Positions 63,801 to 64,000 of a stretch of DNA of 64,000 nucleotides are shown piece after piece; position 1 is the first letter of the stretch; every line of letters starts with the position of its first letter. Position numbers and translations under genes: made by a program. The notes beneath the pieces were generated by a model that saw only the letters and a list, made by a program, of their open reading frames with translations, ran no database searches and was not told where the DNA came from. Location: positions 496,001-560,000 of the forward strand of contig JAJCTO010000011.1 in the NCBI GenBank assembly GCA_046563655.1, in the 5' to 3' direction. Source of the stretch: Yuukianura sp. NJ FZ-2021 (taxonomy: Eukaryota).

Positions 63801-64000
63801 AGTTTGAGGATCTTCAAGTGGTTTTTTGAAACCAGTGTTGTTGAAAATATTTTTCAACTAAGGTCTGATTGAATCCTGAGGAACGGAATTGTGCCAAGAT
63901 AGCAATTTTAATTTGACGCTATGGAGACAGACTACAAAAATAGGGACATTTGTCTAGTTTGAGGATCTTCAAGTGGTTTTTTGAAACCAGTGTTGTTGAA
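42836..64000 (+). repeat. Satellite B, 155-bp monomer, right block (~136 copies, runs off the window)
   Basis: Continuous, highly homogeneous tandem array with the same consensus as the left block. Confidence 0.98.

Noticed and set aside
31429..64000. CRISPR-like appearance (GTTGAAAA..TTTTCAAC and GAAAC-containing palindromes)
   Set aside because: No unique spacers, whole monomers repeat, no cas genes, and the context is eukaryotic

Overview
Eukaryotic, probably arthropod, heterochromatin-like DNA. The arthropod call is inferred from short GT-AG introns, TATA+TCAGT promoters and a divergent ionotropic-receptor-like remnant. 1-11908: right-hand part of a Polinton/Maverick (adintovirus-type) endogenous virus. 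It carries pPolB split by three spliceosomal introns, an RVE integrase, a packaging ATPase, core proteins, a penton disrupted by a 28-bp triplication, the major capsid and an adenain protease, and it ends in ...ACTACT directly against a 147-bp satellite (~11 copies). 14.4-31.4 kb: a Bel/Pao fragment, inverted Helentron/DINE-1-like non-autonomous elements, a two-exon secreted beta/gamma-crystallin-like gene, a complete young Bel/Pao LTR element (349-bp LTRs, CTCAC TSD), an IR-like pseudogene and a truncated Harbinger transposase exon. 31.4-64 kb: a very homogeneous 155-bp satellite, homologous to the 147-bp one, with an inverted start. It is interrupted by a 3.7-kb CRE-like RLE non-LTR retrotransposon with a 10-bp TSD whose N-terminus looks like an RFX-type winged-helix DNA-binding domain. 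Best novelty candidate: a satellite-targeting, RFX-bearing CRE element. Both it and the Polinton end lie 9-10 bp 5' of the conserved satellite box GGTTTTTTGAAACC. All domain calls are by eye from motifs; no searches were run.
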